DNA of 64,000 nt, taken from Styela clava (taxonomy: Eukaryota). The stretch lies in NCBI RefSeq assembly GCF_964204865.1, contig NC_135253.1:17856001-17920000 (forward strand), given 5' to 3'. Position numbers and translations under genes: made by a program. Each line of letters starts with the position of its first letter. Position 1 is the stretch's first letter. Below, one piece after another: positions 50,036 through 63,142 of the stretch. Under the pieces are notes generated by a model. The model made no database searches and was not told the DNA's origin. It saw nothing but the letters and a program-made list of their open reading frames with translations.

Positions 50036-53000
50036 TTACATAGATTTTAGAATCCCTTCAAATTTATCACTAGCGACACAGAATTTCATCGTGCGCCAGT
50101 CTACGTGGAGGTCATTCAGACATCTGGGGGTGAGATCGTTGTTCCCGCGCAAATCTAATCTTTTCAATCGTCTACCTCGTCCTACAAGCACATTTGGTGA
50201 TACCGATTTTAATTTGTTATGTCTGAGATCCAACACTTCAATAGATCCTGTAGGGCGGCCATAACGTGGTAAGTATTGTATATGATTGTTCTGAAGATGC
50301 ACTACTTTCAGAAGTTTATTTCCATCGAAGAGATCACCCGGTAGGTTCATCATGTTTACGTTGTTGAGCCAAAGAGTATGAAGTAATGGAAATTTCGATA
50401 AAGTCTTTTTCAATATTTCAACGTTACCGAGAGCCGGGTTGTGACTCAAGTCTAACTGAGTAATACTGGATGCGGGTACAAAAATAACGCCTTCTTTTAA
50501 TTGAACTTTCACTTGATACTTGTTGTTCAATAAATGCATTCTTTCGCCAATGCCGAGCAGAGAGCAATCGATATGCGTATTGGAAGTACATATATATGAA
50601 ACGCATATCGGCTTGCAAAGAGCTGTGAAATATATTAAACTTTGATTATGGCGGGGTTTCTATGATAAAATAGGAGTATTACAGCACCCCGACATCTGTA
50701 TAGTAATTCCTTTCATTATAGTAAATGGATATATGCAAACAAAATGAATAGTTTTGCAAGTTACCTGTCTGGTCGTGAACAGTGTATGTTGTAACCATTC
50801 CAATATCTACGTGAGTATTAACATGGCAATGTAGAAGCCATTCACCAACAGCATCCGGTCGCATTAAGAGTGTAGAATGCCGCCCAGTATATAAATCAAA
50901 CACATCTCCTTTGTTTTCGGAACTGGATCTAATGATGATTAACATTGAATGATAGGAAGACGTGCATACCAGACTGTTTTATTTACGCTATCCAAAGACA
51001 TGAGATTTCAATAAACTAACACAAGCATACAGATTATAATAAAAAATGAAATGAGTACAAAAGTAAACTCACTGGTGTACAAACGCGTTAGCGTGGAAAT
51101 GAACCGCATGAATGTCTTCTTCTCCTTCTGCAAACAAATGCCATCTTACTAGTTCCCCTCTCTCCATATTCAATTCGGGAACATGATAGAGGAATCCATT
51201 GATATCTACATATGCATAGAAATGGTTTTTCTTTAATTGCTAATTCACAGATACGTGATCATATGTTATGTGGAAATAGGTAGGTATACTAATTAAAAAC
51301 ATTAAAATATTTTGCATCGTTTTTAAATTCCGTAAAAATATATCTGAATATCTGATAGAAATGAATTTTCAACGTTAGAAAATCTCAAACAAATGTGTTC
51401 AATGTTCAAACAAATAAGTTCTTATAGAAATGATTAGACAATAAATGTGTGATAATTGTGGTACAGTCTTTACAGTAATATAGTACAGTCGTTTACTTAC
51501 GATTCATTCTGTTACTTTCCACAAAAGATTTATCTTTTTTATTAAATGTTTCTGGATCAGCTTTTGCAAATTCACGAATATTCTCATCAATATAATGACT
51601 CAAATTTTCATCAGTAATGTAAAATAATAAAGAGAACTCTTTGTCTGCCATTCCTCCTTTCCTTTCGTTTAATGTCCCTGCAATACGATTTGAACTGTGT
51701 TTCTGAATCGTTACATATATATATATGTGTGGCAAAAGTTAAATTTATCCATAAAAATAGGATCTTACCTCGCCTACATATGACCATGGGTCCTCTAGCT
51801 CCACTGTAGGCATCTCTTCTGAAATCAGCGTTAGAGTAATAGGCACTGGCGAAACAATCAGGTTGATCCGGATTCGGAGCAAACTCCGGTCTTACCTGTG
51901 TTGGATTGAATATTGTTGAAGGATGCAATGCATAAAATAAATGTAAACGCAAACTCCAGTCAAGAATCTCAGGCATATTTGCGAATGCTAATTAGCCTTT
52001 ATAATATACAAAAATATATTTGAGTTAACACAATAAAATTATGCAAAACAAAAAGGTTGCTTTACGATTGTATTATAAATTCACACTTAAACTTCATTTT
52101 TTAGATTTTGAAAGCAACTCAAAGTAAGCTATATTCAAGCACGATGATGATCTGCACGATTGTTATAGATTTTCTACGTTTACCATAAATTTATACCTGC
52201 CAAGTGTAGGTCACGGTTTTTCCTGGTTCGGCGGTTGGTACGGGACCTTGCATAATTCCGACGTAATACACGCCGATTGGTAGCACATTGAACTTAATCG
52301 TTGCCATATTTTTGAAAACAACCTTTGAACAACACACCGTGTTATTGTTTTTTCGATAAAAAGCTGTCGATTTATCAAACTATATATAAAAATAGGCAAA
52401 TGTGATATAAAATGTTATCAAATGATTCACCTTCACTTCGTCACCGATTTCCATTTTTAAAATGGGTCCGTCGAATCCAAGATGCTTTGGCTTTGGTTTT
52501 CGAACAGTGAAGGAGTCATCGATATATTCATAAAATATAGCTTTTTTATACCTTGTTCCTGAATATATCATTATTTTACATGAATTTTTGTTAGTAATGA
52601 GAAGATAAGATATTATATTAGAAGTAAAATAAATACCAAAGACACGTGCAAGCGGTTAATAATGTTTTATTAAGCATACATAAGTGTCCCAAATGATCCA
52701 TCGTTATTGCACAAAAACAAAATATAGTCAACTTAGATTTTTTTAGCAAAGATTTAAATTTAATTTAACCTATGTATTTTCCATTCTCCTGGTGAACATA
52801 TAAATAAGCGAGATGTTCTGGATCATCAACAGAATTTCCTTTATGATCGAATCTACGAGAAAGATAATCCCAAACTTCTTCAACAACGCCGAGATAAATT
52901 GTTCGTTTACCAGAAGGCTGGAATTCTGGCTTTGGGTCACGGCAGTATTTTGACTTGATGAAAATAGAAATATTTGTAAATAGTTTTGTTCTGAGAGGTT

Positions 53001-56000
53001 ATGGTCGTGAAATTGGAGCAAAACTTGGCCATCTGCCATTTTTCCTTTTTTTCGTTCAATGTACCTGCAATACGATTTGAACGGTGTCTCTGCATTGTTA
53101 TATATATGTAGGCTTACCATACGTCCCGCTTTAGGCGGGACAGTCCCGCTTTTCAGCGTTTTGTCCTGCCGTCCCGATAAGTCAGCCAAAAGTCCCGCTT
53201 TTTCAGCATAATACACAAACATGTTCTCGTTACTGTTGTTTCTGTGTAGCGCAGCGCTAGCCTACTTACTGAAGGTTGATGCGTTCGTTTTCCCGCTGAT
53301 TCCCATTGATGACAGGCGTATCGCATGTAAAACCAATACTAATTAGTCTAAATTCGAATTATTTGTACCGGTATCGTTAACGTCAATTCCTTCCTATTTT
53401 TCGAACTAAACCCGATATTTGGACAGAGAATATGCGCATGAAATTTCTATAACAATATGGTCAATAAAGACAGCCGAGGCAGCTTTAAATGTAGAAATGT
53501 AGGCCTATGTAGTAAAATCGGAAAATGTGAAGTTATAAAATCACAGCTAAGGGGTCGTTGTCTTTCGAGGCGTCCCGATTTGAAGTCACAAAAATTGGGA
53601 ACCCTATATAAGCTAAAAAGAAACGGGACTGACGTCACAGATTGCGCAACACGATTAACCATCGGTAATCAACACTTATGCAGTGTGGCGTAATATGTGT
53701 TCTTTGTTTAACAGCTGTTTTGACACAATATCGCAATTATTTTTGCTTTTCAGGATCCATAAGTGAATGTGATAAATTTCTTGTTGGAAAAAATGCTGTG
53801 CGAGGTCTGATTGAGTTTTTTGGCGATAGGGGGTTCAATTAAAGAATGACGACTGAGCAAAGAATTAACATTAAATTTTGCATGTGCATTCATCATAGCT
53901 CGGATCAGAAGACTATTTTGGATGGATTATGTCTTATAATTAGCGAGTTATTAATTAATTAGCGATGTGACACACGGTGTCACTGTGGAGTAAGACCACT
54001 GTTTTGGGGGATCCCCTAACCTTCGATCAATAAGTCTTCGGTTTCTAACCGATATTCTAGTTTTGATTTTACTCGAAATGTCTCTCTGATATCTCCGATA
54101 AACATTTCGGTTAAAATCTTATGACTTTAGTGGAGATACAAACGTGGCAATAAATGTACGCAATAGAAGTAGGAGTCAACCAAAAGTTTTTGCTCACATT
54201 TTTGAAATTATAATTCTGGCTGCGTGTGCAGCTGCCAGAATGCAACGTTTCTGCGAAGTTTCGCGGCGATGCAGGGGGTATTTCAAATAAAAAATATAAA
54301 AAATACAGAAAAATTTGATTTGAAACATGCCCTTGTTTTAAAACATGATGTTTTTTTTAGAATTGATAAAAAACAAAACTCTTCTCCTATTTACCTCATA
54401 AAAAGAGATCATCCCATTGGTTCCATGGTTTGATACGTGACATCCATACACTGATACACCAGGCGCAAATGGGTATACACTCGTCGTGCTGATAACATGG
54501 GGGAAAACTCCAGTCATGCCAGTGTACTCGGTTCTTAAGAAAAAGCAACAAGTACTTCAACATTTAAACGTGAAACAAACAAAATTGAAAATCTTTCTAC
54601 CATTATAAAGTTTTTAAATTATAATTTTAGCCACATAGAAATACCGCATAAAAAATTATTCAAAAAATAAAGCTTTTCAGTCTTCGCTCAATGAACATTT
54701 TGACGATAGGAAACAAAAAACTTCATTCAAATATCAAATCAAACGTTATGTGTATTCAAAAATGTCAGGATTTCAACCACGCCTTGTCAGTCAATGTTTT
54801 CGTTTTTAGAATTAACAGCATAATATCGGAAAGGAAGATTTTCTTCCATATGCTTAGTCTCAAGTTATTACAAAATTTGTAATCACCTCGTTTTCCTTGC
54901 AGTTCCGTCTAATATGAAGGCATGATTATTCAGTTCAGAACCCAGAGATAATAAACGAACGTCGGTATATTGTTCAGCGCACAACTGCACGCCAAGTAGA
55001 TTTGCGAACGCCAACCCATTAATTGCTGATAAAAGATATTGAAAAGATAAGGAAAAACTTCCAATTTTAGAGGAACTGTAAAGTAAATTTATTTTTTTGA
55101 ATTAAAAAACAAACAGTATAATTTAATACTTAAAGATTCGTCAACTATTTCACAAGTGTGACTATGTGGGATATTTAACAATGTTCATTTCACGTTCTTT
55201 CATGTCGCCAAGTAGTGGTTCTATGACAAATAGTCTAGTTCGTTGGACACGAAATGTATATATGGATCGTTTTGTTATGATGTCGTTGTTGTTCTTGTTC
55301 ATGTTCAATTTTTTTATCAATTCTTGGCTTGTTATGAAATAAATTTCTCTTCAATTACTGGGCCAATTGCTTCCAAATTTTCCATGGTTAAAAATTCCCT
55401 TTTTTTGGTAGAAGGCTATTTAATATTTATTATCAGATAATTATTTGATATTTTATTAATACAGCTATTATTTTTCATTTATTTCAACAATTTATGTCGG
55501 TTCCATGTAGTTCGTTTTTCATGCAATGACGTGATCAAAATTACGTACTTTGCGGCGGTATTCTACTGTAATAGACAGCATGCCTTTACTACTTCATTTT
55601 GACCCTTATGTCCATCTATTTGAGCATCGCTCTCTTATTCCTAATTAATAAACACAGATCTTTAATAAGCTACCATTTGAATCTTCTTTTACACTCTTTA
55701 CTTTGCTATTGTTATCATGCCCTAAAAATAAATGTTTTTCAACTCACATTGCATTCTATTTGATTCCTTGAAATCTTCATCATCTTTATCAATCGACGAA
55801 GGATCTCCGGCAAATTTATCAATACTTTGTTGAAGATACGGACTTTCGTTTTCGTCATACGTTGCCAACAACATGTAGTAAACTGTTTTCTTCATTTCAT
55901 CTGCTTTCATTTCATTTCTAAACTGCCGATTGTAATTTAGATTTGAATATTTCCTAGGAAATAGTTAAATTGGGGAACTAAATAAAAATCTTCAATGCAT

Positions 56001-59000
56001 TTTCCTATAATCAATCACTAGTCGTTAAATATTTCTTATGGAGTATTTAATTCATCGGAAATTTTTTCGTTTTATTAATTAAACGATTGTATAAAGCGTG
56101 ATAATAATTTGATAGTTTAATCTAAATCTTTAATCCTAATCTAAAGCGTGATAATAATTGACATTTTTTTACCTCTTTTGCAAATCACGATGGGGCCAAC
56201 CAGTCCGGTATGTTGGTCAAGATTGATACTGGCTAATGACGTATACATATGTGTAATACAGTTGTCATCTTTTTCGAGAGGAGAAACTCTGTCTGGTACA
56301 GGCCTGAAGTTATTAATAAATTCATTACAGCAACATTTTCTTTATGAAGATAAATGCTTATTTTGGATCACAACATTTAGTTAATCAATTTTTTCCGTTT
56401 ACTCTTAAATGTTTTATAGTGACCCCATGTTGATATCCAGACCACCATAGCATGGTATTGCGCTTCTAGTTAAATTTATTGAGGTGTTGCTGAAGTTTAA
56501 TTTTTTACGTAATTAATGGTAAAGTAAGTTACCTGCTTCAACCAACAGTTGTTTAATATTTGTTCAATATGTATTTTGTTCGCTTACCACACATAAGTGT
56601 AATTCTCTCCCGGCTTTACTGTCTGTTTTCTAAATGAGAAGACTCCATGAGGATCCATCTCATAGGTCTGTGTAATATATATATATATAACAAGAGACCA
56701 ATGCCTAAATATATGGACACGAAAAGCAAAACGAATCAAATTTTTCACAACAACGGTATTCTGATTACGAGATCACTGAGATGTAAGCAAGAAACCTCGA
56801 CATGCGATGCATAATTTTGATGACTTCATCACACAAAACTTTGAAGTGAAAAAGAATCCTATAGAGACCACAAATATATTTCGTGTCCAATATTATCTAG
56901 GATATAACTACTTTCTGGCATGCCATTACTAGAGTTTAATACCATCACGATTTAAACCTATGTTTGAACGGGATACAATATTTCGTGACATTGCTCTAGT
57001 AGGCCAAGAATTATTACTAGGTTGGTACATCTGGATACTGGAGTTAAATCAACAAAGATTTACTTTGATAAAACACGGAATCTGAGTATCCGAATCTTGG
57101 ACGAATCATGCTCTTCTGCGGCCCTAAGCATGCAAGATTTTGGTGCCCTATATGTGCCTTTCAAAATATTAACATCATAAAGCACACACAATATTATTCA
57201 TCAAAACTAAACAGTGAGAAAAATATTATTAATAATGTTTAAGTTTATTACTAATTGAGGGCCCAGGTATGATTAGTTTACATGATTTTTTGGAAATAGT
57301 TCTCATACATACAGACATTCATACAGAAGTTTAAGATGATACTTGAAAAGGGAAATTAGGCAATAAGTTTAAACGGGCCGATATTGAAGTCTGAGTCTTT
57401 TGACCAACTAGAATCATTTCATTAAACACTGAAACACAATTGCAAATTTGGCTTAGAAATTTACTGTGGTGCCAGCACTGATTCGAATCCTCACCCGATT
57501 AGCTTTGTTCTTAAATACAACATTTATTGTTTCTCCAACTTCGGCATAAATAACAGGACCAAGAATTCCCATTACAGGATCACTTTCCACCTCTACTTGA
57601 AATGTATCATCAGTGTATTCTTTATAAACCGCCTTGATATAGATTCCTCCTATTCTATCTGGACCTTTTTTGAAATATTCATGACTTTCCCTTAAACAAA
57701 TTTGAATTGTGTACATTAGTGTAGAGTACAAACATAATAGAAAGTGTCAAAGCAAAGCACTGTTTAAGAGTAGTTATTGTGACTTTAAACATTATGTTTG
57801 AATTCTAATACTCTGAAAAATTAATAAAAAAACACAATATGTTATTTGTTTTTATTCGCATTGAATAAATCAAGTTTTTTCGTGGATTTTAGGCCCATCC
57901 ATAGTCACCCTTCACACGAACCCTCTCATACATATTGCAAGAGCAAATAATAATTGTATCTTACTGTCCCTCTTCTGCAATCGGTTTTTGTGTTAATATG
58001 TTCATTCCAGTTGGTGCATAATTCCATTCCACTTCTTCTGCTGCAACATAATATGTTCGTATGGTGTCGCCTACACTTTCTAAACCTTTCCCGAATTCTG
58101 CCCCCAGCGTTGGTTTACAGGTATCATGCACAGTGTAAAACATTGCCATTCCTGGAATAAACCAAAACAATCTGTCAAATTAAATAATTACTTCTTGATA
58201 CATGTGTTTAAAAATATACCAAAAAGCACTAAATACCTTTGATTTGAAGCGTAGGGAAGTTTGTCGACGATTTTAGTGTTAAAGTAGTATTTTGATGATT
58301 AAAAATGTCGAAAAGTTCAAGATCGGAGCTATCGGCAAAAATTTACTTTAAAAACTCCTTCCAACAACTAACTGGTGGGTTGGAAGGAAGGATAAATTTA
58401 GTTACCTCCAGCCACATGGTTTGTCACTTGACATCCGAAAATCCATCTTCCTGGATTGTCAGCTCTCATAATTACAGTTGCGAATGTTGCCGGAAACAGA
58501 GCCACAGCGTCTCCGCGATGTCCATTAATAATTCCCTGGTGAAATTTTTAATTTGTGACATTTTAGTATAAACTTGAGAAGCAACAAAATAATAGTAAAT
58601 TGCTTTTCAATATGTTTTTTTACATCGATATATTTCACAGGCAATTCATATACATGACAAATAATATTAAGAATGCTTCAAATTTTATCCAGTTTGAGCA
58701 GTGAAATCTGTAACATTTGATTGTGCTTTGAATTTACGCTAGTAAGCGTTGTGACATTTCATTACTTTTTCACTCTCACGACCGAGCCATAATCTGCTAA
58801 CTAGGAAATGGGAATGCAAAATAAAATCAGCTGGGGTTGCAAGTAACCAACTATCTTTCTCTGCTCTATCACTTTGCGCCAGTGGATCAGGATGCGTATA
58901 TTGCAAGAATGGTGTAGCAAGAATAAAGATAACTTTTCTATTTGATTAAAGAGTCTTGCTTACTAAAACAAATATATTCATGGTTGACATAAGATTGTCT

Positions 59001-62000
59001 GAAGAAGTCTGACCTCGGCAAAATATAACGCCACCGGGCAGCAAGACTCTTGAATAAAATAACAAGATAATATATTACGGAATTTCCAGTAAATTGCATC
59101 CCATGCATTTCTGAACCCATTCCAATGGTATACCAGTTCACCAAATCCCCTTTGCACATTTCAGCCGATAGACTTAAAAAGATTAATCCATTCATAGCGT
59201 GAAATACATTGCTTTCAATGAAATCTGGATCTTTTTTATCTACAGTTTCTGGCTGCAGAGTGTAGGTCTAAATAATTGAAAATATTGAATTGAAGTTCAG
59301 GTTTTTATGTATCTGATAGTTTTTTGAATTGTCACTTTTAGGCCGCCTTGCGTACAAGACAGTCTACAAACACGCCAGTAATTTCCACATTAAGTACAAC
59401 AATATACGAATGGAACATTGGTTTCTATGGTTAATAATAATAATAAACATATGGAATGGATTTCGTGTTACAGCTTTCCAGTGCCGCTAAACCGGTATAA
59501 TGGTTTTGAGGAGTTAAACCTATCCTAGTAAAATGTGATAAAAGTAATTTAAACATTATTAGTGAGCCGCCTTCTTGCCTTAATATTTTCGTCAATGTAC
59601 CAACTTTCAGTTTCGTCAATGACGAAGACAATAATTGCAAATTCACGATCTACATCAGTACGATGTCCAGTGGATGTCAATGTTCCTGAATTGAATGAAA
59701 AACTATTTTCGCTTGGAAACCATTGTATCGCAATCCTTGTCGCAATTTCATGAAGCTATTAATTCACAAGTGGCATAATATTCTTCGAAATCAATTTCAG
59801 CATGAGTGTAATATAATTAAAATATATTTATTCGGTACGTATCGTTTGAACCGACTTGCATTGATGCTATCTACTTTTACTATGTTTTACATGGTACCCT
59901 TATCCTGTAATCGGTTGCTTACTGTAAATGTCTCAATTATAACAATATGGGCGAATTGATGGTAATGGACGAATTGATGGACTGAGTTGAACGCTTGTGA
60001 ACACCGAAGTGTTATATCGATATCAAAGTAAGTACCAAGGCTTTGTGTGGCATTTCTTTGAAATCAGAAGCAGTTTTTGATAATTTTTTTACAAATACCA
60101 AAGCGTATATATCTCTATGAATATTTATGTTTTCCGTCTAGTTGTCTGTGGGGGTAATTTATGCCTTGCACTGAATTCAAACGTTGCAAATCGTTTATTT
60201 CACAGTCATTGCATTGTTTGTAAAACTTCAAATTATTCGTGCACGATTTTAATGCCTCTAGGTAGGGCTCAATAAACAATATGCCTGGTACTAACGATTT
60301 TTGTCGTGATAAACATGTCAAGAGTTCACGATTATTGAACTAATAAATAAATACATTAGTTGCGCTGTTCTACCCGAAGGCGAAATATGAATTTAATTAC
60401 AAAATGACACGGAATTTACATTTTTAAAGTGTTAAATAATATTTAAAAGTCGATTTCAATGCCACATCGAGTCAACTCTGAAGAGCTATCTAACTGTATT
60501 ATATATCTCTTCCTATAACAAATTTCCATTTGATTCGTTTTAATCGACATAAACCGGACTCGGCATTTACTGCTTCTGTTCACAAAGCCTTCAAGATTAT
60601 TCGCCAAAGAGTTTAAAATACTTAGCATAGACTGGTTTATAATTAATTTTGAACATTATTCACAAATTTCCATTTTCTTGTTAAATAGGTGATTTAGAAC
60701 ACAAAGACAATACCCGGTTTTAAAAATTTTGTCGATTCATTGTGCCATTTAAATATATAAGATATTATGAAGTCCACACAAACCAGATCCTCATATAAAA
60801 GTTTCACTTGGGAAGGGTCCTATTAAGCTTTGATAAGATACCTTCTTTGCACGTGAGGAGAGTTCCGATTAAGCCAGTGTGTTGGTCTCGTGACGAGTGA
60901 ACATGAGAATGATAAGCCCACGTTAAGCAGTTTGGATCCTCTTTTCCTGGGGCATATCTGCAAAGTGAGTAAATGATATAAAGTAATTAATTTTTTTGTG
61001 AAAAGATTAGGAAATCTTGCGCAGAATGAAATAACAATTAATTAATCGATAGTCGGTCGACGCGGAGAATAAATGAAAACTATTCTTAGATACATACTCG
61101 TCTCTAACTTCCCAGATATATTTATGTTTTCCTCCGGGTGGAATTGTGTCATCGACTTTATCTGAAGATGTTGTTTTGTCTGAGTACAACGCTCCCTCAC
61201 TGGATTTCTCGTAAAAAACGCCATGTGGATGAATACTATATGGTCGGGTGGCACGGTTGAAAGCATAAACAACGATCGTGTCTTTCACCTCGATATAAAT
61301 ACTAATTTCAAACCTAAATTCTGAAGAATAGTTAAATTTGGTATTACTCCCAACAACAAAACAGTGTCATACCTCAGCTCTAATAATAGGACCAAACAAT
61401 CCCAATGACTCCGGTCTCGGACTTCGAGTGCTGAAGGTTGAATCGGTGTATTGACGAAAAACTGCTTTTCTATATTCTCCTCCTATCCTGGCCGGTCCAC
61501 GACGCCTAAAAAATCGGCTGCAAGAAAATTTTAGATTCATATCAATGTATTGTGAAAGGTTGTTGAAGATTGATTAAAGATTTCAGATTTAGATTTGAGG
61601 CGGTACATTTTTCAATCTCGTAAAAACTGTATTGGATATATGCAGAATGGTGTTATGTCTAAACGAACTTTTGCTCATTCGAATATTTTATTTCCTGTGT
61701 TATTTATAGATTTTCTGAACACAATACAGTTTATTATTTTTTCGCTAATTTCATAAAAATAATTTCGGCAGATTACCTGAAAAAGACATTACTGCATTTC
61801 TCAAATATGTAATGGATTCGGGTAAAATATCGCTTTTTATAGTCATCTCGTGAAAATTATAATTTTACATTACTAGCATGTGTATCGGATTAATATCTCT
61901 AATGCTCTGATCCTCAATTAATTCAATTAACTCAAATCATACCTGCTCTCAGGACCGTTGTAATTCCAAACTATTTCTTCCATTGCAATGAAATACTCGC

Positions 62001-62061
62001 GTCTCATTGCCACTATCTCCCCAGCGCAAAATATAGAAACCAAAACAACGATATAGTACAT
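50036..62061 (-). CDS. MCO copy C: inverted paralogue of copy B, MCO plus LRR (~1219 aa, 22 exons)
   Basis: Exons 62061-61943, 61517-61373, 61288-61098, 60957-60842, 59685-59579 (GC donor), 59267-59079, 58535-58406, 58151-57965, 57690-57495, 56667-56588, 56303-56173, ~55912-55748 (acceptor irregular), 55025-54887, 54533-54395, 52953-52770, 52558-52431, 52322-52197, 51895-51769, 51677-51501, 51205-51073, 50928-50765, 50622-50036. Sizes equal those of copy B except exon 14 (+3) and exon 22 (-3). All Cu motifs present ([25 protein letters not shown]). Confidence 0.88.
53030..53108 (-). repeat. Displaced duplicate of the intron 18/exon 19 junction of copy C, inside intron 14
   Basis: ctgccatt...ttcgttcaatgtacctgcaatacgatttgaacggtgt matches 51645-51720 (acceptor plus [12 protein letters not shown]). 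Confidence 0.75.
53109..53615. mobile_element. hAT (Tip100-like) MITE
   Basis: Ends TAGGCTTACCATA ... ATTGGGAACCCTA; multiple subterminal GTCCCG repeats; TSD degraded. Confidence 0.6.
55243..55639 (+). mobile_element. HINE-like element, copy 3
   Basis: TTGGACACG start, GTT microsatellite, same core, ends gtccatctatttgagcatcgctctcttatt. Confidence 0.6.
56689..56891 (-). mobile_element. HINE-like element variant (same ends, different interior)
   Basis: aacaagagaccaatgcctaaatatatggacacg ... cgtgtccaat. Confidence 0.5.
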
Positions 62062-63142
62062 TTTGATATTTGATATATATAAAATAAATCAAATAACCTT
62101 CCCATTAAGCCTACGAAAGACAATGGCAATTTAGATTATCAGACCCTGAAACGCCTGTTAACGGGCTAAGACGTTTATTGTTTAATTTAAAAAAATTCGA
62201 CAGTAAACACTTCCAGCAGAGTAATTCTAATACAAATTATATATAGAATTTAATGTGTAATAAATGGAACAGTTTGCGCAAGTATGTTAACCACAAGTCT
62301 TATCACGTCAGACATCTGGTATCTGCACGATTGGTTTATGTTATACGCGATTGTATACGTTATAAAACAAACTGGCATATACAACAGAATATTATAAAAT
62401 CTGTGTATCGTAGATGATTACAACTACGATAATTTATTAAATGACTACCAGAAAAACCTTGTTGTTACCTTGTTGATAGGCTAAGAACGTTGCATGAAAT
62501 TATTTTGACACCGTTTGAAAACTGACGCAAACTTTTTCATTTGCTGTTTTGACTTTTCAGTAAACATTGCTGCTTTTTGTGAATATGTGCCCCAACATTC
62601 GAATAACAAACGAAATCTTAAATATGCCAACATGACTTGGATAAATTCATACTTAATACATATACTTCATTTCGACCTCGCTTATACAAAATTCAATCAG
62701 GCATTTCTGTTATTTCTAACATTGCTCAAGCATGAGGTAAAATGGAACGAATAGACAACATTATTGAGGACGTATATATAATGTATAATAATGTGATATA
62801 TATAATGTGTCTGGCAAATTTTTTTATCGATTCTCCATGCTTTTTAGTAGACACCAGATTATATATTTACCGAAAAACAACAACAATAGCATAACAATAA
62901 TAACAAAACGATCCATATGTATACAGTTGCCCAATAATCTTTAGTTTTCCTACACGGATTTATTTAAATACATATATCCACCACACCACAATAAAAAGAT
63001 CACGTTTAGCGATCCTGACGACTGGACGTGACTGATTATGACAAAAAATTATTCCTCTTCGAATGATTGAATAATTGTGACTAAACAAGTAAAAGTTTGT
63101 TTTTCAATTCATCAAGTTTCATTCAATTGAAACGGTCTAGAC

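Noticed and set aside
53900-54062. Helitron-like 3' end (TCGGTT-tct-AACCGA hairpin then CTAG)
   Set aside because: Single occurrence in the window and no defined 5' end.
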